Origin: Blastocatellia bacterium
GTDB taxonomy: Bacteria > Acidobacteriota > Blastocatellia > UBA7656
Reading direction: 5' to 3'
Length of the DNA stretch: 64,000 bases
Assembly (NCBI GenBank): GCA_035575515.1
Contig: DATLXU010000067.1
Coordinates: 6,519-70,518, forward strand
Shown here: positions 49,311 to 59,982 of the stretch, piece by piece
Layout: every line of letters begins with the position of its first letter
How positions within the stretch are numbered: the first letter of the stretch is position 1
Translations under genes and position numbers: made by a program
The notes under the pieces: model-generated
Databases searched by the model: none
What the model was told of the DNA's origin: nothing
Seen by the model: the letters and a program-made list of their open reading frames with translations, nothing else

Positions 49311-50579
49311 CTATTCATGCCTGAGCGCGGCAATCGGGTCCAATCGAGCGGCTTTCACCGCAGGCCACAAGCCGAAAACTATTCCCACCATCACCGAGCC
49401 GAAGAAGCCGAACGCCGCCGCCCACAGCGGTATCACCATGTAAAGCGCAGGGATGAGCGAAGACACAACCGTCGCAAGCAGCCAGCCGAACAATAGTCCC
49501 GCAATTCCGCCAACTCCTGTGAGTGTTACGGCTTCGGTTAAAAACTGCCAGATTATATCTGATCGCCGCGCGCCTACGGCTTTGCGTATGCCTATCTCGC
49601 GCGTGCGCTCCGTGACGGCCACAAGCATTATATTCATCACGCCGACGCCGCCGACCATAAAGGCAATCGAAGAGATTATCAGCATCACGCCGAAGACCGC
49701 GCCCACTATGTCGTCGAACGTCGAGATGAACGATTCCGGCGTGCCTACCTCGAAATCGTTATCTTCGTTCAACGGCACACCGCGACGGCGGCGCAGCACC
49801 TGCTCAATCTTTTCGATGCCTTCTTTCATTCGCCCTTCGCGCATCCGCACGATGATGAAGTGGTCGTCTACAGTCGGGAACATCTTGCGAAACGTATAGT
49901 AGGGAATGAATATATCGTTGTCTTCTTGATTTTCGGAGCCGAACGGCCCGGCCTTCTGTTTCTTGACGGTGCCGACAACTTTGAAATCCTGCCCGCCGAG
50001 ATTTATCGTCTTGCCAATCGGGTCTTCAGCCGGAAAGAGCGCGTCGACTACATTGTACGCAAGCACGCATACATTGGCGCGATGCTCATTTTCAGCGTCG
50101 TTGAAGTAACGCCCTTCAGCTACGGGAACATTCATCACAAGCTCGGCGACGGGGAAATTGCCGACCACGCGCGGGCGGCCCATCACGCGGTCGCGATAGC
50201 GGGCTTCTGGCGGAACGGGCGGCACTTCGCCCGGCAAAGGTATCCCGTAAATCAAACCCGCATAGACGTGCTCGACTGCGGCGACTTCCTGCTCAATCGC
50301 CTGCGCGTCTTCGAGCGTGAGCGGCTTGCGATTTAAGACCTTAGCGGGCGGGCGGCTCGTCATTATGAACGGGTAGCGCCAGAAATAGACGTTGCGCGTG
50401 CCGAAGCTCTCGGCCTGATCGAGTATTGATTGGCGAAAGCCATTCAGCACCGCAGCCATCGCCACGATGACGAGCACGCCGATGAACACACCGACAATCG
50501 TGAGCGCGGCGCGGAACTTGTGCGCCGCGAGCGTCTGCATCGCCAGTTGAGTGTTCTCTTTTACGCTCGACCAGTTCAT
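49311..50579 (-). CDS. ABC transporter permease, FtsX/MacB type (4 TM plus large periplasmic domain)
   Basis: MacB_PCD-like N-terminal part and the C-terminal FtsX motif VTERTREIGIRKAVGA. Confidence 0.85.
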   Translation of the reverse strand: MNWSSVKENTQLAMQTLAAHKFRAALTIVGVFIGVLVIVAMAAVLNGFRQSILDQAESFGTRNVYFWRYPFIMTSRPPAKVLNRKPLTLEDAQAIEQEVAAVEHVYAGLIYGIPLPGEVPPVPPEARYRDRVMGRPRVVGNFPVAELVMNVPVAEGRYFNDAENEHRANVCVLAYNVVDALFPAEDPIGKTINLGGQDFKVVGTVKKQKAGPFGSENQEDNDIFIPYYTFRKMFPTVDDHFIIVRMREGRMKEGIEKIEQVLRRRRGVPLNEDNDFEVGTPESFISTFDDIVGAVFGVMLIISSIAFMVGGVGVMNIMLVAVTERTREIGIRKAVGARRSDIIWQFLTEAVTLTGVGGIAGLLFGWLLATVVSSLIPALYMVIPLWAAAFGFFGSVMVGIVFGLWPAVKAARLDPIAALRHE

Positions 50580-50586
50580 GAAAATT

Positions 50587-50697
50587 AGCAGGCAGCAGGC
50601 AGCAGGCAGCAGGCAGTTAAGGGGTTATAGTGGATGCTATATTTTTTCAAAAGGTTCATAGCTATTGAAGTTCTGTTCCTCACTGCCTACTGCCTAT
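50587..50697. repeat. heptamer-built palindrome ((CAGCAGG)x4 ... CCTCACTGCCTACTGCCT)
   Basis: Seen directly between the two FtsX genes. Confidence 0.5.
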
Positions 50698-51983
50698 TAT
50701 TCAGTCCTCAGCGCCTCGATAGGGTCCAATCGGCCTGCGCGCCGCGCCGGATAGATTCCGAAAAAGACTCCGATGATCGTGCAGAGCACAAACGCAAGCA
50801 GCGGAGCCCACACCGGAAATGACGACGGCAGCGGCGTGTAGGTCGCAAGCAGCCACGATATGCCATAAGCTACGGCCACTCCGCCCACGCCGCCCGCGCA
50901 GCATAACACGACCGACTCAACAAGAAATTGCTTGACCACGTCCTGTTGCCGCGCGCCTACGGCTTTGCGTATCCCTATCTCGCGCGTGCGCTCGACCACA
51001 GAGACGAGCATGATGTTCATAATCACGATGCCGCCGACGACGAGCGATATGCCAACGACGAATAAAGAGACGGAAAAAATAATGCTCGTCAGACTGTTGA
51101 ACAGATCGTTCACGCCTTCTGATGTAATCGTCCCGAAATCGTCTTCTTCGTTGTAATTCAATTTGTGCCGCGTGCGCATGATGAGCCGCGCCTGATCCTG
51201 CGCCTGCTGCATCTGGCCTTCGCGCGCTTTGATCGAGATGTTGACCGTGCGACGCGAGCCGTAGATTTTTTGAAAAGTCGAGATCGGTATTCGCACGAAG
51301 TTGTCGCGCGAAAACCCCAGCACCGTCCCTTTCTTTTCCGCCACGCCGATGATCGTGTACGTGTGGTCGCCAATCTGGATTGATTTGCCGATGGGGTCAA
51401 CCGTCGGGAAGAGCTTTTCGGCGATGTCCCATCCGACAAATGTCACGAAGCGCGAATGCTCGTCTTCCCAATCGAGCAGCACGCGGCCCATCGCTACGTC
51501 ATAAGGCTCGATTGAAAGAATATTCGGCGTGATGCCCGAAAGGTCAACCTGCTCAAGCGTCTGGTTGCCCGCGCGGACATTGACTATCCTGTGCGTCTCG
51601 ACTCCAACGGCTTCGCAGGCCGCGCACTGGCTGCGAATCGCGTCGCCGTCTTCAGCGTGAACGTCGGGGTTGCGGCGAATCGCTTCGTAGAGCTTGTCGA
51701 AGTTTGTGATTATTGGATACTGCGTGATGACGAAAGTGTTCGGCCCGAAGTTAGAAACTTTCGCCTTCCAGTATTTATCTAAACCTTGAATGATCGAGAT
51801 GACGGCGATGATAGAAGCGATGCCGATGATTATCCCTAGGAGCGTCAGAAACGAGCGCAGCTTGTTTGCGCGCAGCGAATCCAGTGCGACGCCGAGATAA
51901 TCGAAGAAGCGAGCGTGCCGCCCGCCTTCGTCTTGAGTTGCGTTTTTTCTTCTATCAATCTGTGGGGCTGAAATTGTTGCCAT
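50697..51983 (-). CDS. ABC transporter permease, FtsX/MacB type (paralogue of the downstream gene)
   Basis: Same architecture, with VVERTREIGIRKAVGA. Confidence 0.85.
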   Translation of the reverse strand: MATISAPQIDRRKNATQDEGGRHARFFDYLGVALDSLRANKLRSFLTLLGIIIGIASIIAVISIIQGLDKYWKAKVSNFGPNTFVITQYPIITNFDKLYEAIRRNPDVHAEDGDAIRSQCAACEAVGVETHRIVNVRAGNQTLEQVDLSGITPNILSIEPYDVAMGRVLLDWEDEHSRFVTFVGWDIAEKLFPTVDPIGKSIQIGDHTYTIIGVAEKKGTVLGFSRDNFVRIPISTFQKIYGSRRTVNISIKAREGQMQQAQDQARLIMRTRHKLNYNEEDDFGTITSEGVNDLFNSLTSIIFSVSLFVVGISLVVGGIVIMNIMLVSVVERTREIGIRKAVGARQQDVVKQFLVESVVLCCAGGVGGVAVAYGISWLLATYTPLPSSFPVWAPLLAFVLCTIIGVFFGIYPARRAGRLDPIEALRTE

Positions 51984-52039
51984 ACCGCCGCTCTATTCAA
52001 GTTATAGCTGCTGCCTGTGACGGGGTCAATCATTATCAT

Positions 52040-52146
52040 CTTGGATTTTAGATTTTGGATTTACGACTGTCTGAAGCCGTTTCCCGAAGTCGTCCGGGGC
52101 TTGTGCTCTGTTAATCCAAAATCCGAAATCTAAAATCCAAAATCGA
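52040..52146. repeat. heptamer-built palindrome (CTTGGAT TTTAGAT TTTGGAT TT ... AATCCAA AATCCGA AATCTAA AATCCAA AATCG)
   Basis: Seen directly upstream of the FtsX pair. Same family as 21995-22081. Confidence 0.55.
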
Positions 52147-52272
52147 ACGGGCTTTACAAAGGCTCGCCGGATGTGCGATTGTAGCGAACACCCACGGAAA
52201 ACTGAGTTAGCAAAAAGCAAGCGCATGAGTTGAACGACTATTCGCGCGATTTAGTTTGATGATTGTCGGAGG

Positions 52273-53835
52273 GTGGTTGTGAGCGTTATCGAGGGATTGA
52301 AAAGGGCTGTCGCCTCTAACCCTGAAAAGACCGCGACCATCTGCAACGGCGCGCGGCTTAATTTCAGAGAAACGGGCGAGCGAATCAATAGGTTGTCGAA
52401 CGCGCTTCGACGATTGGGAATTGCGCCGGGCGACCGCGTTGCAATCCTCTCATTGAACTGTCATCGCTTTCTTGAGCTTTACTACGGCGTGCCGCAGACG
52501 GGAGCCGCCGTTGTGCCGATAAACTTTCGCATCCCCGCGAGCGAAGTCAAATACATACTCGATCATTCCGAAGCGCGCGCGCTTGCTGTTGACGCTCAGC
52601 TTGCGCCGATGATTGACTCGCTTCGCCCGCAGCTTCAGGTTGAGTATTTCATCCTGCTGAGCGATGACCGGCGCGAAGGGTATTACTGTTATGAAGAGTT
52701 GATTGCGTGTGAATTGCCCGAGTTCGAGCCGATTGAAATCAGTGACGACGATTTGTTAGGGCTGTTCTACACGTCGGGGACCACTGCCGAGCCGAAGGGC
52801 GTGATGTTGACGCACAGAAACGTGCTGGCGAACGTCGCGCACGGCGAAGCGGTTTTCGAGTATCTGCCGGATGATATTTTTCTGCACACCGCGCCGATGT
52901 TTCACTTGGCCGACGGCGCGGCTGTCTTTTCAAACATTACGCGAGCGGCGACGCAGGCGTTCATTCCGCGATTTGAGCCGAAGCGTGTGCTTGAAACAAT
53001 CTCGCGCGAGCGCATAACGGGAATGGTGCTTGTGCCGACGATGATTAACTTTTTGCTTCAGGAGCCTGACTTTGCCGATTATGATCTCTCGTCGCTTCGG
53101 CAAATAAACTACGGCGCATCGCCCATCGCGCCTGAGTTACTCCGTCGCGCGATGAACACATTCAAGTGCCGCTTCGCGCAAGGCTACGGGCTGAGCGAAG
53201 CCTCGCCGTTGCTGACTGTGCTTCTGCCTGAAGACCATGTCGTGATGGATGAGAAGAGCGCGCGGCGGCTTGCCTCCTGCGGAAAGCCCGTGCCGGGCGT
53301 TGAGGTGCGCGTCGTGGATTTGGATAATCGAGACGTTGCGCCGGGCGAGGTCGGAGAGATAATCGCGCGCGGGCCGAACATAATGGCAGGCTACTGGAAG
53401 CGGCCCGCAGAAACCGAAGCCACAATAGTTGATGGTTGGCTGCGCACGGGCGACCTCGCGACGGTTGACGAAGACGGTTACATCTACCTCGTTGACCGAA
53501 AGAAAGACATGATCGTGACGGGCGGCGAGAATGTCTATTCGACGGAAGTTGAGGCGGCTATCTACGCGCATCCGGCAATTAAAGAAGCGGCGGTGATTGG
53601 AGTGCCCGATGCAGATTGGGGCGAAGCGGTTCACGCCTGCGTGACGCTTCGCGATGGCCGAGGCGTCACGCCGGAGGAGTTGATTGAGTTTTGCCGCGAG
53701 CGATTGGCTCATTACAAGGTTCCGCGCTCGGTCGAGATCATCGAAGGCGAATTGCCCAAAGGCGGGACGGGAAAGATTTTGAAAAAAGATTTGCGCGAGC
53801 GTTACTGGCATGGCCGCGCGCGCAGGGTTGGGTGA
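52273..53835 (+). CDS. AMP-dependent acyl-CoA synthetase/ligase (FadD-like)
   Basis: YTSGTTAEPKGV AMP-binding motif, TGD, and C-terminal PKGGTGKILK. Confidence 0.9.
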   Translation: MVVSVIEGLKRAVASNPEKTATICNGARLNFRETGERINRLSNALRRLGIAPGDRVAILSLNCHRFLELYYGVPQTGAAVVPINFRIPASEVKYILDHSEARALAVDAQLAPMIDSLRPQLQVEYFILLSDDRREGYYCYEELIACELPEFEPIEISDDDLLGLFYTSGTTAEPKGVMLTHRNVLANVAHGEAVFEYLPDDIFLHTAPMFHLADGAAVFSNITRAATQAFIPRFEPKRVLETISRERITGMVLVPTMINFLLQEPDFADYDLSSLRQINYGASPIAPELLRRAMNTFKCRFAQGYGLSEASPLLTVLLPEDHVVMDEKSARRLASCGKPVPGVEVRVVDLDNRDVAPGEVGEIIARGPNIMAGYWKRPAETEATIVDGWLRTGDLATVDEDGYIYLVDRKKDMIVTGGENVYSTEVEAAIYAHPAIKEAAVIGVPDADWGEAVHACVTLRDGRGVTPEELIEFCRERLAHYKVPRSVEIIEGELPKGGTGKILKKDLRERYWHGRARRVG

Positions 53836-53858
53836 ACGCGCGTTTTTGATATTCGAGT

Positions 53859-53900
53859 TGTGCGCCGATGGCGCACAAAGAGGGTAGCCAGACGTCTGGC
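53859..53900 (+). terminator. tandem hairpins TGTGCGCC-GAT-GGCGCACA and GCCAGACGTCTGGC
   Basis: Seen directly after the stop of the acyl-CoA synthetase. Confidence 0.35.
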
Positions 53901-53971
53901 TCCCTTCTGGCTGCCGCTTTGCGGCAAAGAGCAGATTCAAAATATTCTCAGCCATAATTGAATGGAGCGAA

Positions 53972-54481
53972 ATGCCAACAGAAGAGACGAAAGATAATTC
54001 CAGCGGCGGCCTCGTGCTTGCGCCGGGCGAAGGCAAAAAGATTACAGTTGGACCGAACACAGTTACTTATAAGCTGCGCGGCGAACACACGGGCGGCGCG
54101 TTTTCTATGATTGAGTATTCAGTCGCAGGCAAATTTGAAGCGCCTTCCGCCTTGCACTATCATACGAAAGACGCGGCGGCCATCTACGTGCTCGAAGGCA
54201 CGTTCGGCTTTCAACTTGGCGAATGCGAGGTGCTCGCACCGGCAGGCTCGGTCGTGCTGCTTTCGAGCGGGTTGCCATTCAAATGGTGGAACGCGGAAGA
54301 CAGGCCCGCGAGATATCTAGCGATTTATTTTCCGGCAGGCTTTGAAAAGTATTTTGAAGAGGTGAACGAAGCGGCAAACAGCTTGCCGCCCGGCCCGCTC
54401 GATATGGAGAAGCTGGCGCCGCTGATTAAACCAATCTGGGAAAAGTATGGCATCGCCATATATAAACCCGAAGACAAATAA
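53972..54481 (+). CDS. cupin domain protein
   Basis: Single cupin barrel; conserved His positions HYH. Confidence 0.5.
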   Translation: MPTEETKDNSSGGLVLAPGEGKKITVGPNTVTYKLRGEHTGGAFSMIEYSVAGKFEAPSALHYHTKDAAAIYVLEGTFGFQLGECEVLAPAGSVVLLSSGLPFKWWNAEDRPARYLAIYFPAGFEKYFEEVNEAANSLPPGPLDMEKLAPLIKPIWEKYGIAIYKPEDK

Positions 54482-54503
54482 GATTAAGCTTGAGGTGAAA
54501 TTG

Positions 54504-56081
54504 ATGAACCTGACGCTTACACCAATCAGATTCAAAGACCGCGCAGAAAAACTTTTCGCAAACAAAGTCGGCATCGTTGACGGCGACACGCGACTCACTT
54601 ACCGCGAATTCGGCGAGCGCGCAGATCGTCTCTCAAATGCGCTCGCAGAGCTTGGCGTCAAACGCGGCGAGCGAGTCGCGTGGCTCGGCTACAACAGCCA
54701 CGAGCTGCTTGAAGCCTACTACGGCGTGGTTCAGATGGGAGCCGTTCTGCTGCCTCTAAACATAAGGCTCACGCCCGAAGAGATTGCTTTCATCCTGAAC
54801 GACTCGGAGTCGGTCGCGCTCTTTTACAATCAGGATTTTCTTCCGCTCGTTGAAGGCTTGCGCGCTCACACGCCGACCGTTAAACATTTCATTCCGCTTG
54901 AAGCCGGCAGCAGCGAGACGCACTACGAAACCTTGCTTTCGGCTGCCGGAGCCGATTTCACGCCGCCCGCAGATATTCGCGACGACGACCTCGCGGAGTT
55001 ATTCTACACGTCTGGCACGACCGCTAATCCCAAAGGCGTGATGATGACGCATCGCAATCTTTATCTTCATGCTATACAGGCGATGGCGGGACTTTCAATA
55101 AAAGACACGGGCGTGCAGCTTCACACCATCCCGCTCTTTCACGTCAACGGTTGGGGCACGCCTCACACGATAACCTGCATGGGCGCGCGCCACGTCGTCG
55201 TTCGCAAATTCGATCCGACCGAAGTGCTTGAGTTGATTCAACGCGAGCGCGTCACGCATTTCTCGATGGTGCCGACTATGGCGATTGCTCTAATCAATCA
55301 CCCGCAGCTTGGGCATTATGATTTGTCGAGCTTGGAATTCGTAGGACTTGGCGGCGCGGCCTCTGCGCCTGAGCTTATACGCGACGTTGAACAGAAACTC
55401 GGATGCCGCGCTTACGGCGGTTATGGATTGACCGAGACGACCCCTGTGCTGACGTTTTCGTTTATCAAAGACCACCTGAAAGATCTGCCCGACGAAGAAC
55501 GGTGGCGAAGGCAAGCGATGGCCGGCTATCCGCTGCCCGGCATTGAACTCGACATCTTTGATCCTGATGACAAACCTGTGCCGCACGATGGCTCAAGCGT
55601 CGGCGAAGTAGTTGTGCGCGCGGACAGTGTGATGGCCGGTTACTGGAAGCAGCCAGAAGATACAGCAAATGTCATGCGCGGCGGCTGGTTCCACACGGGC
55701 GACATGGCCGTCGTTGATGAAGAAGGTTATTTCCTGATTGTGGATCGCAAGAAGGACATAATCATTTCGGGCGGCGAAAACATTTCTTCAATCGAAGTCG
55801 AAAAAGCAATCTACTCGCATCCGGCTGTGCTCGAATGCGCGGTGATACCTGTGCCCGACGACCGCTGGGGCGAAGTGCCGAAGGCGTTAGTCGTGTTGAA
55901 GCCCGGCCAGTCGCTCACTGAACAGGAATTGATTGACCACTGCCGGACGAAGCTGCCCGGCTTCAAAGTGCCTAAGTCGGTGGAGTTCTTCGACTCGCTT
56001 CCGAAAGGCGGCACGGGGAAGATTTTGAAAAAAGACCTGCGCGAGCGTTACTGGCAGGGCTACGAAAAGCGCGTTCACTAA
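54504..56081 (+). CDS. AMP-dependent acyl-CoA synthetase/ligase (paralogue)
   Basis: YTSGTTANPKGV and PKGGTGKILKKDLRERYW. About 45% identical to 52273..53835 by eye. The longest ORF extends to 54447. Confidence 0.9.
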   Translation: MNLTLTPIRFKDRAEKLFANKVGIVDGDTRLTYREFGERADRLSNALAELGVKRGERVAWLGYNSHELLEAYYGVVQMGAVLLPLNIRLTPEEIAFILNDSESVALFYNQDFLPLVEGLRAHTPTVKHFIPLEAGSSETHYETLLSAAGADFTPPADIRDDDLAELFYTSGTTANPKGVMMTHRNLYLHAIQAMAGLSIKDTGVQLHTIPLFHVNGWGTPHTITCMGARHVVVRKFDPTEVLELIQRERVTHFSMVPTMAIALINHPQLGHYDLSSLEFVGLGGAASAPELIRDVEQKLGCRAYGGYGLTETTPVLTFSFIKDHLKDLPDEERWRRQAMAGYPLPGIELDIFDPDDKPVPHDGSSVGEVVVRADSVMAGYWKQPEDTANVMRGGWFHTGDMAVVDEEGYFLIVDRKKDIIISGGENISSIEVEKAIYSHPAVLECAVIPVPDDRWGEVPKALVVLKPGQSLTEQELIDHCRTKLPGFKVPKSVEFFDSLPKGGTGKILKKDLRERYWQGYEKRVH

Positions 56082-56103
56082 TTCTTTCGATAAGGAGAAG
56101 AAC

Positions 56104-56430
56104 ATGGCCGAAGTGAAGATACTTGTTATCTATCCGCGCCCGACCGACGTTGACGCGTTCGAGAAGGCTTACATTGAAGAGCACGTGCCGCTGGCAAAAG
56201 CGAAGATTAAGGGCGTGACGAAATTTGTGGCGACCAGAGTTATCGGCGCTCCCGATGGCAGCACGCCACCGTTTTATCGGATAGCCGAGCTGCACTTTGC
56301 TTCGATGGATGCGCTTCAGCAATCGGCCTCGTCGCCTGAAACTCAGGAAGCCGTCAAGCACGCATTCGAGATTTCAACCGGCGGCAGCCCCGTCATCATG
56401 GTCGCGGAAGAAGAGACGATGACGTTTTAG
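56104..56430 (+). CDS. EthD-family / Dabb-type small alpha+beta barrel protein
   Basis: Size and pattern MAEVKILVIYPRPTDVDAFEKAYIEEHVPLA. Confidence 0.5.
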   Translation: MAEVKILVIYPRPTDVDAFEKAYIEEHVPLAKAKIKGVTKFVATRVIGAPDGSTPPFYRIAELHFASMDALQQSASSPETQEAVKHAFEISTGGSPVIMVAEEETMTF

Positions 56431-56445
56431 ATTGAGGGTGATCGT

Positions 56446-57978
56446 ATGAAGAAAATAATCGCGCTCGCGCTCATCCTTGTGGAGATGGTCGCGCAATCGG
56501 TCTTCGCGCAATCGCAGAAGCAAGCGCCGCAGCACGGCAAGCGTTATCCGCGACTCGTCATTCGCAACGCGATGATCGTTGACGGCAACGGCACGCCCGC
56601 CTCGGGACCAAAAGATATAGTCATCGAAAACAACGTTATCACCGAGATCGTCGCGCTCGACCCCGTAGCCGTTAAAGAAGGCCGCGCGCAACGGCCAGCG
56701 GGCGACACGGAGATTGACGCGACGGGCAAATACGTTCTGCCGGGACTGATTAACGCGCACGGGCATGTTCAGGACGAGCGCGGCGGCGTGCCTCAGCCGG
56801 TTGATTATTGCCTGAAGCTATGGCTCGCGTGCGGCATAACAACAGTTCGTGATGTTGGAAGCGACACGAAAAAGACTCTAGCCTTGCGCGAGCAAAGCGC
56901 GAAGGGCGAAGTAGCCGCGCCGCGGCTTTTCGTTTATCCGATGTTTTCCGTGCCCCGCATGCCGCGAAACGTAGATGAGGCTCGCGCTCGCGTGCGCGAG
57001 TTGAAACAGATGGGCGCGGACGGAATAAAGATTCTCGGCATTGACCGCGACCTGATGGCTGCGATGGAAGACGAGGCGCACAAGCTCGGCCTACGTATCG
57101 CGCACCACGTCGGCGTTGAAGAAACGAACGCATGGGATGACATCAAGTTCGGCACGACGTCAATCGAGCACTGGTATGGCATCCCTGACGCTGCAATCAT
57201 AAGCGGCAGGCAGAATTTCCCCGCGACCTACAATTACAACAATGAGACGGATCGCTTTCGTTATGCTGGCCGATTGTGGCGCGAGGCCGATTGGGACCGC
57301 CTGATGAAAGTTCTTGACGCGATGGTTGCCGCAAACGTCGCGTGGGACCCGACGCTCGATATTTATGAAGCGAGCCGTGACCTGCAACGCGCGCAGACTC
57401 AGCCGCAGTTTGCCGAATACCTGCATCCGACCCTCGAAGAATTCTTCAAGCCTAATCCGTCGCATCACGGTTCGTACTTCATCGGATGGAGCTCTACGGA
57501 CGAAGCGTACTGGAAAGAGAATTATCGAATATGGATGGCGGCGCTTCGCGAGTTTGAAAATCGGGGCGGGCTGATTGGCGCGGGCGAAGACGCGGGATTC
57601 ATCTATCAGATGTACGGCTTCGGATTATTGCGCGAGCTTGAGCTTCATCAGGAAGCGGGCTTTCACCCGCTGAAAGTCATTCAGCACGCGACCGGAAACA
57701 ACGCGAAGATATTAGGTCAAGAAGATAAACTTGGTCGCGTGCGCGTCGGCTACTCGGCGGATTTGATAGTCGTCAACGGCAACCCGCTTGAAAATTTCAA
57801 GGTGCTATATCCGACTGGCATTGATGTAATCCGTGACGGCAAAGTTGTGCATTCGGGCGGCATTGAATGGACCATCAAAGATGGCTTCACGTATCACGTC
57901 CCAACTTTGATGAGAGAGATCAAAGAGATGGTCGCGCGAGCTCGAATAGAGCGCAAAGCAAAAGCCGCGCAGCAGTAG
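56446..57978 (+). CDS. secreted amidohydrolase-family metal-dependent hydrolase
   Basis: Signal peptide, LPGLINAHGH metal-binding motif and the C-terminal Asp motif region. Confidence 0.8.
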   Translation: MKKIIALALILVEMVAQSVFAQSQKQAPQHGKRYPRLVIRNAMIVDGNGTPASGPKDIVIENNVITEIVALDPVAVKEGRAQRPAGDTEIDATGKYVLPGLINAHGHVQDERGGVPQPVDYCLKLWLACGITTVRDVGSDTKKTLALREQSAKGEVAAPRLFVYPMFSVPRMPRNVDEARARVRELKQMGADGIKILGIDRDLMAAMEDEAHKLGLRIAHHVGVEETNAWDDIKFGTTSIEHWYGIPDAAIISGRQNFPATYNYNNETDRFRYAGRLWREADWDRLMKVLDAMVAANVAWDPTLDIYEASRDLQRAQTQPQFAEYLHPTLEEFFKPNPSHHGSYFIGWSSTDEAYWKENYRIWMAALREFENRGGLIGAGEDAGFIYQMYGFGLLRELELHQEAGFHPLKVIQHATGNNAKILGQEDKLGRVRVGYSADLIVVNGNPLENFKVLYPTGIDVIRDGKVVHSGGIEWTIKDGFTYHVPTLMREIKEMVARARIERKAKAAQQ

Positions 57979-57986
57979 GAAGATTG

Positions 57987-58061
57987 AACCGCCAAGACGC
58001 CAGGAACGCCAAGAAAAACAGAGCAAGAGAAACCCTTGTCGTTCCTGGCGTCTTGGCGGTT
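57987..58061 (+). terminator. perfect 22-bp inverted repeat AACCGCCAAGACGCCAGGAACG-N31-CGTTCCTGGCGTCTTGGCGGTT
   Basis: Seen directly after the amidohydrolase stop. Confidence 0.5.
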
Positions 58062-58077
58062 AGAAGAGATTTGAGAT

Positions 58078-59982
58078 ATGAAGACTCGCAGATCAAAAGC
58101 CTCATTGTTTCTCATCTTGCTTCTGTTGAGCGTTTCGTTTTCTTCGATTCGCGCGCAAGAGCAGGCTGGCGAGGTAATCGCAATAGTCGGCGGCACGGTC
58201 GTTGACGGCACAGGCGCGCAGCCGTTCAAGGCGACAGTCCTTATTCGCGGTGAGCGCATCGCCGCCGTCGGGCCGAACGTCGAGATTCCTTCAGACGCTC
58301 GCGTCATCCGAGCCGATGGGCAGACGATCATTCCCGGCTTGTTCGACCTGCACACGCACCTGCCTTACTCAGCAGTCAATGGTCTTGATGCTGATTGGGG
58401 CAAGAACCTTAAAGCGTATCTCTATTGCGGAGTCACATCGGTTGTTGATTTTGGAACCTACCCTGAAACCTACGAGCCGATGCGCAGGCTCACACGTAGC
58501 GGCGCGGTCTTAAGCCCGCGACTCACGCTTGCGGCTCGCATCACAACGCCCGGCGGTCACGGCGCAGAAGGCGGGCGAGGGGATTTCTTTTCGCTCGAAG
58601 TTCTCACGCCGCGTGAAGGCCGCGCAGCCATTCGCCGCGTGCTTCCCTACAAGCCCGACGTGATTAAAGTTTTCACTGACGGCTGGCGATACGGGGCCGC
58701 GCCCGATATGACAAGCATGACCGAAGAGACGCTCGCGGCCATCGTTGACGAAGCGCACAAGAACGGCTTAGAGGTCCTCACTCACACTGTGACGCTTGAG
58801 AAAGCGAAGATAGCCGCTCGCGCAGGCGTTGACGTGATAGCTCACGGCGTGGGCAATGCCGACGTTGATGATGAATTGATTCAATTGATGAAATCGAAAG
58901 GCACAAGCTATGTGTCAACGCTTGCGGTTTATGAAAATCGCGCCCGCGGATTTATGGCTCCGCTGCTTGAAACTACTCTTGAGCCGGCGGCGAAAGAGAT
59001 AATCAAAGCGCAAGCGATTGCATCGGATGAAACTCAACTGCGCCCCGCGCGCGAAGGCGAATCGCCGCAAGCGCGTCGCTGGCGGTACTTGATGCGCAAC
59101 ATCGAAGCGTTAAGGAAAGCTGGCATCAGTTTCGGAGTCGGAACCGATGCTGGTGTCACGGGAACGTATCACGGTTGGGCGACGCTGCGCGAAATGCAAC
59201 TGCTCGTAGCAGGCGGGCTGACGCCGCTCGAAGCAATCACTGCCGCGACGGGCAACGCTGCGCGCGCGCTCAAAGTTGACAGCGAGCGCGGCACTATCAC
59301 GCCGGGCAAACTCGCAGACCTCGTTTTAATCGCGGGCGAACCGCACAAGAATATCGCCGACATCGAGCGCACGAGTCGAGTCTTTCTAGGCGGGCGCGAG
59401 ATTGATCGTGAAAAACTAGCGCGCGATATTCAATCATCGGAGCAAACTCCCATTACCGCAATCAAAGCGAAAGAGAAGATTGACGATTTTGAATCTGCCA
59501 CGGGACGCAGCTCGATTGACACCCTTTGGGTGAACAGCACCGACAGCGGGCATGATAATTCAAAGATGGTGTGGGGCCGCACGCTTCGCGACCGTGCGAA
59601 TCATGCGCTGACGGTGATGAGCCGCTTTTCAGAAAAAGACCGTCCCGTCGCGCGCGTAAGCCTACCGCTCAGCCGCGGCGCGGTCGAGCCAGTTGACGCG
59701 AGCGCGTTTCGAGGCGTTGAGTTCGACGCGCGAGGCGATGGTGATTATCTTTTAGTAGTGCCAACTGCTGGCGTGCGCGACTCGGCTTACTACCGCGCGC
59801 CGTTCAAAGCTGAAGCAAAGTGGCGGCGTGTGCGGATTGATTTCGCTTCGCTCAAACAGGAATCGCCAAAGAAGCCTGTCGCGTGGACTGGCGCGGATGT
59901 TTTGATGCTGACATTTGAAGTAGCGCGCGGGGCCGGCCAGATCGGCTGGCTTGAGATTGATAACCTTCGCTTCTTCAAATGA
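58078..59982 (+). CDS. secreted amidohydrolase-family hydrolase with additional ~170-aa C-terminal domain (CIA30-like?)
   Basis: Signal peptide, [10 protein letters not shown] motif, and an extra beta-rich C-terminal domain ending [12 protein letters not shown]. Confidence 0.75.
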   Translation: MKTRRSKASLFLILLLLSVSFSSIRAQEQAGEVIAIVGGTVVDGTGAQPFKATVLIRGERIAAVGPNVEIPSDARVIRADGQTIIPGLFDLHTHLPYSAVNGLDADWGKNLKAYLYCGVTSVVDFGTYPETYEPMRRLTRSGAVLSPRLTLAARITTPGGHGAEGGRGDFFSLEVLTPREGRAAIRRVLPYKPDVIKVFTDGWRYGAAPDMTSMTEETLAAIVDEAHKNGLEVLTHTVTLEKAKIAARAGVDVIAHGVGNADVDDELIQLMKSKGTSYVSTLAVYENRARGFMAPLLETTLEPAAKEIIKAQAIASDETQLRPAREGESPQARRWRYLMRNIEALRKAGISFGVGTDAGVTGTYHGWATLREMQLLVAGGLTPLEAITAATGNAARALKVDSERGTITPGKLADLVLIAGEPHKNIADIERTSRVFLGGREIDREKLARDIQSSEQTPITAIKAKEKIDDFESATGRSSIDTLWVNSTDSGHDNSKMVWGRTLRDRANHALTVMSRFSEKDRPVARVSLPLSRGAVEPVDASAFRGVEFDARGDGDYLLVVPTAGVRDSAYYRAPFKAEAKWRRVRIDFASLKQESPKKPVAWTGADVLMLTFEVARGAGQIGWLEIDNLRFFK

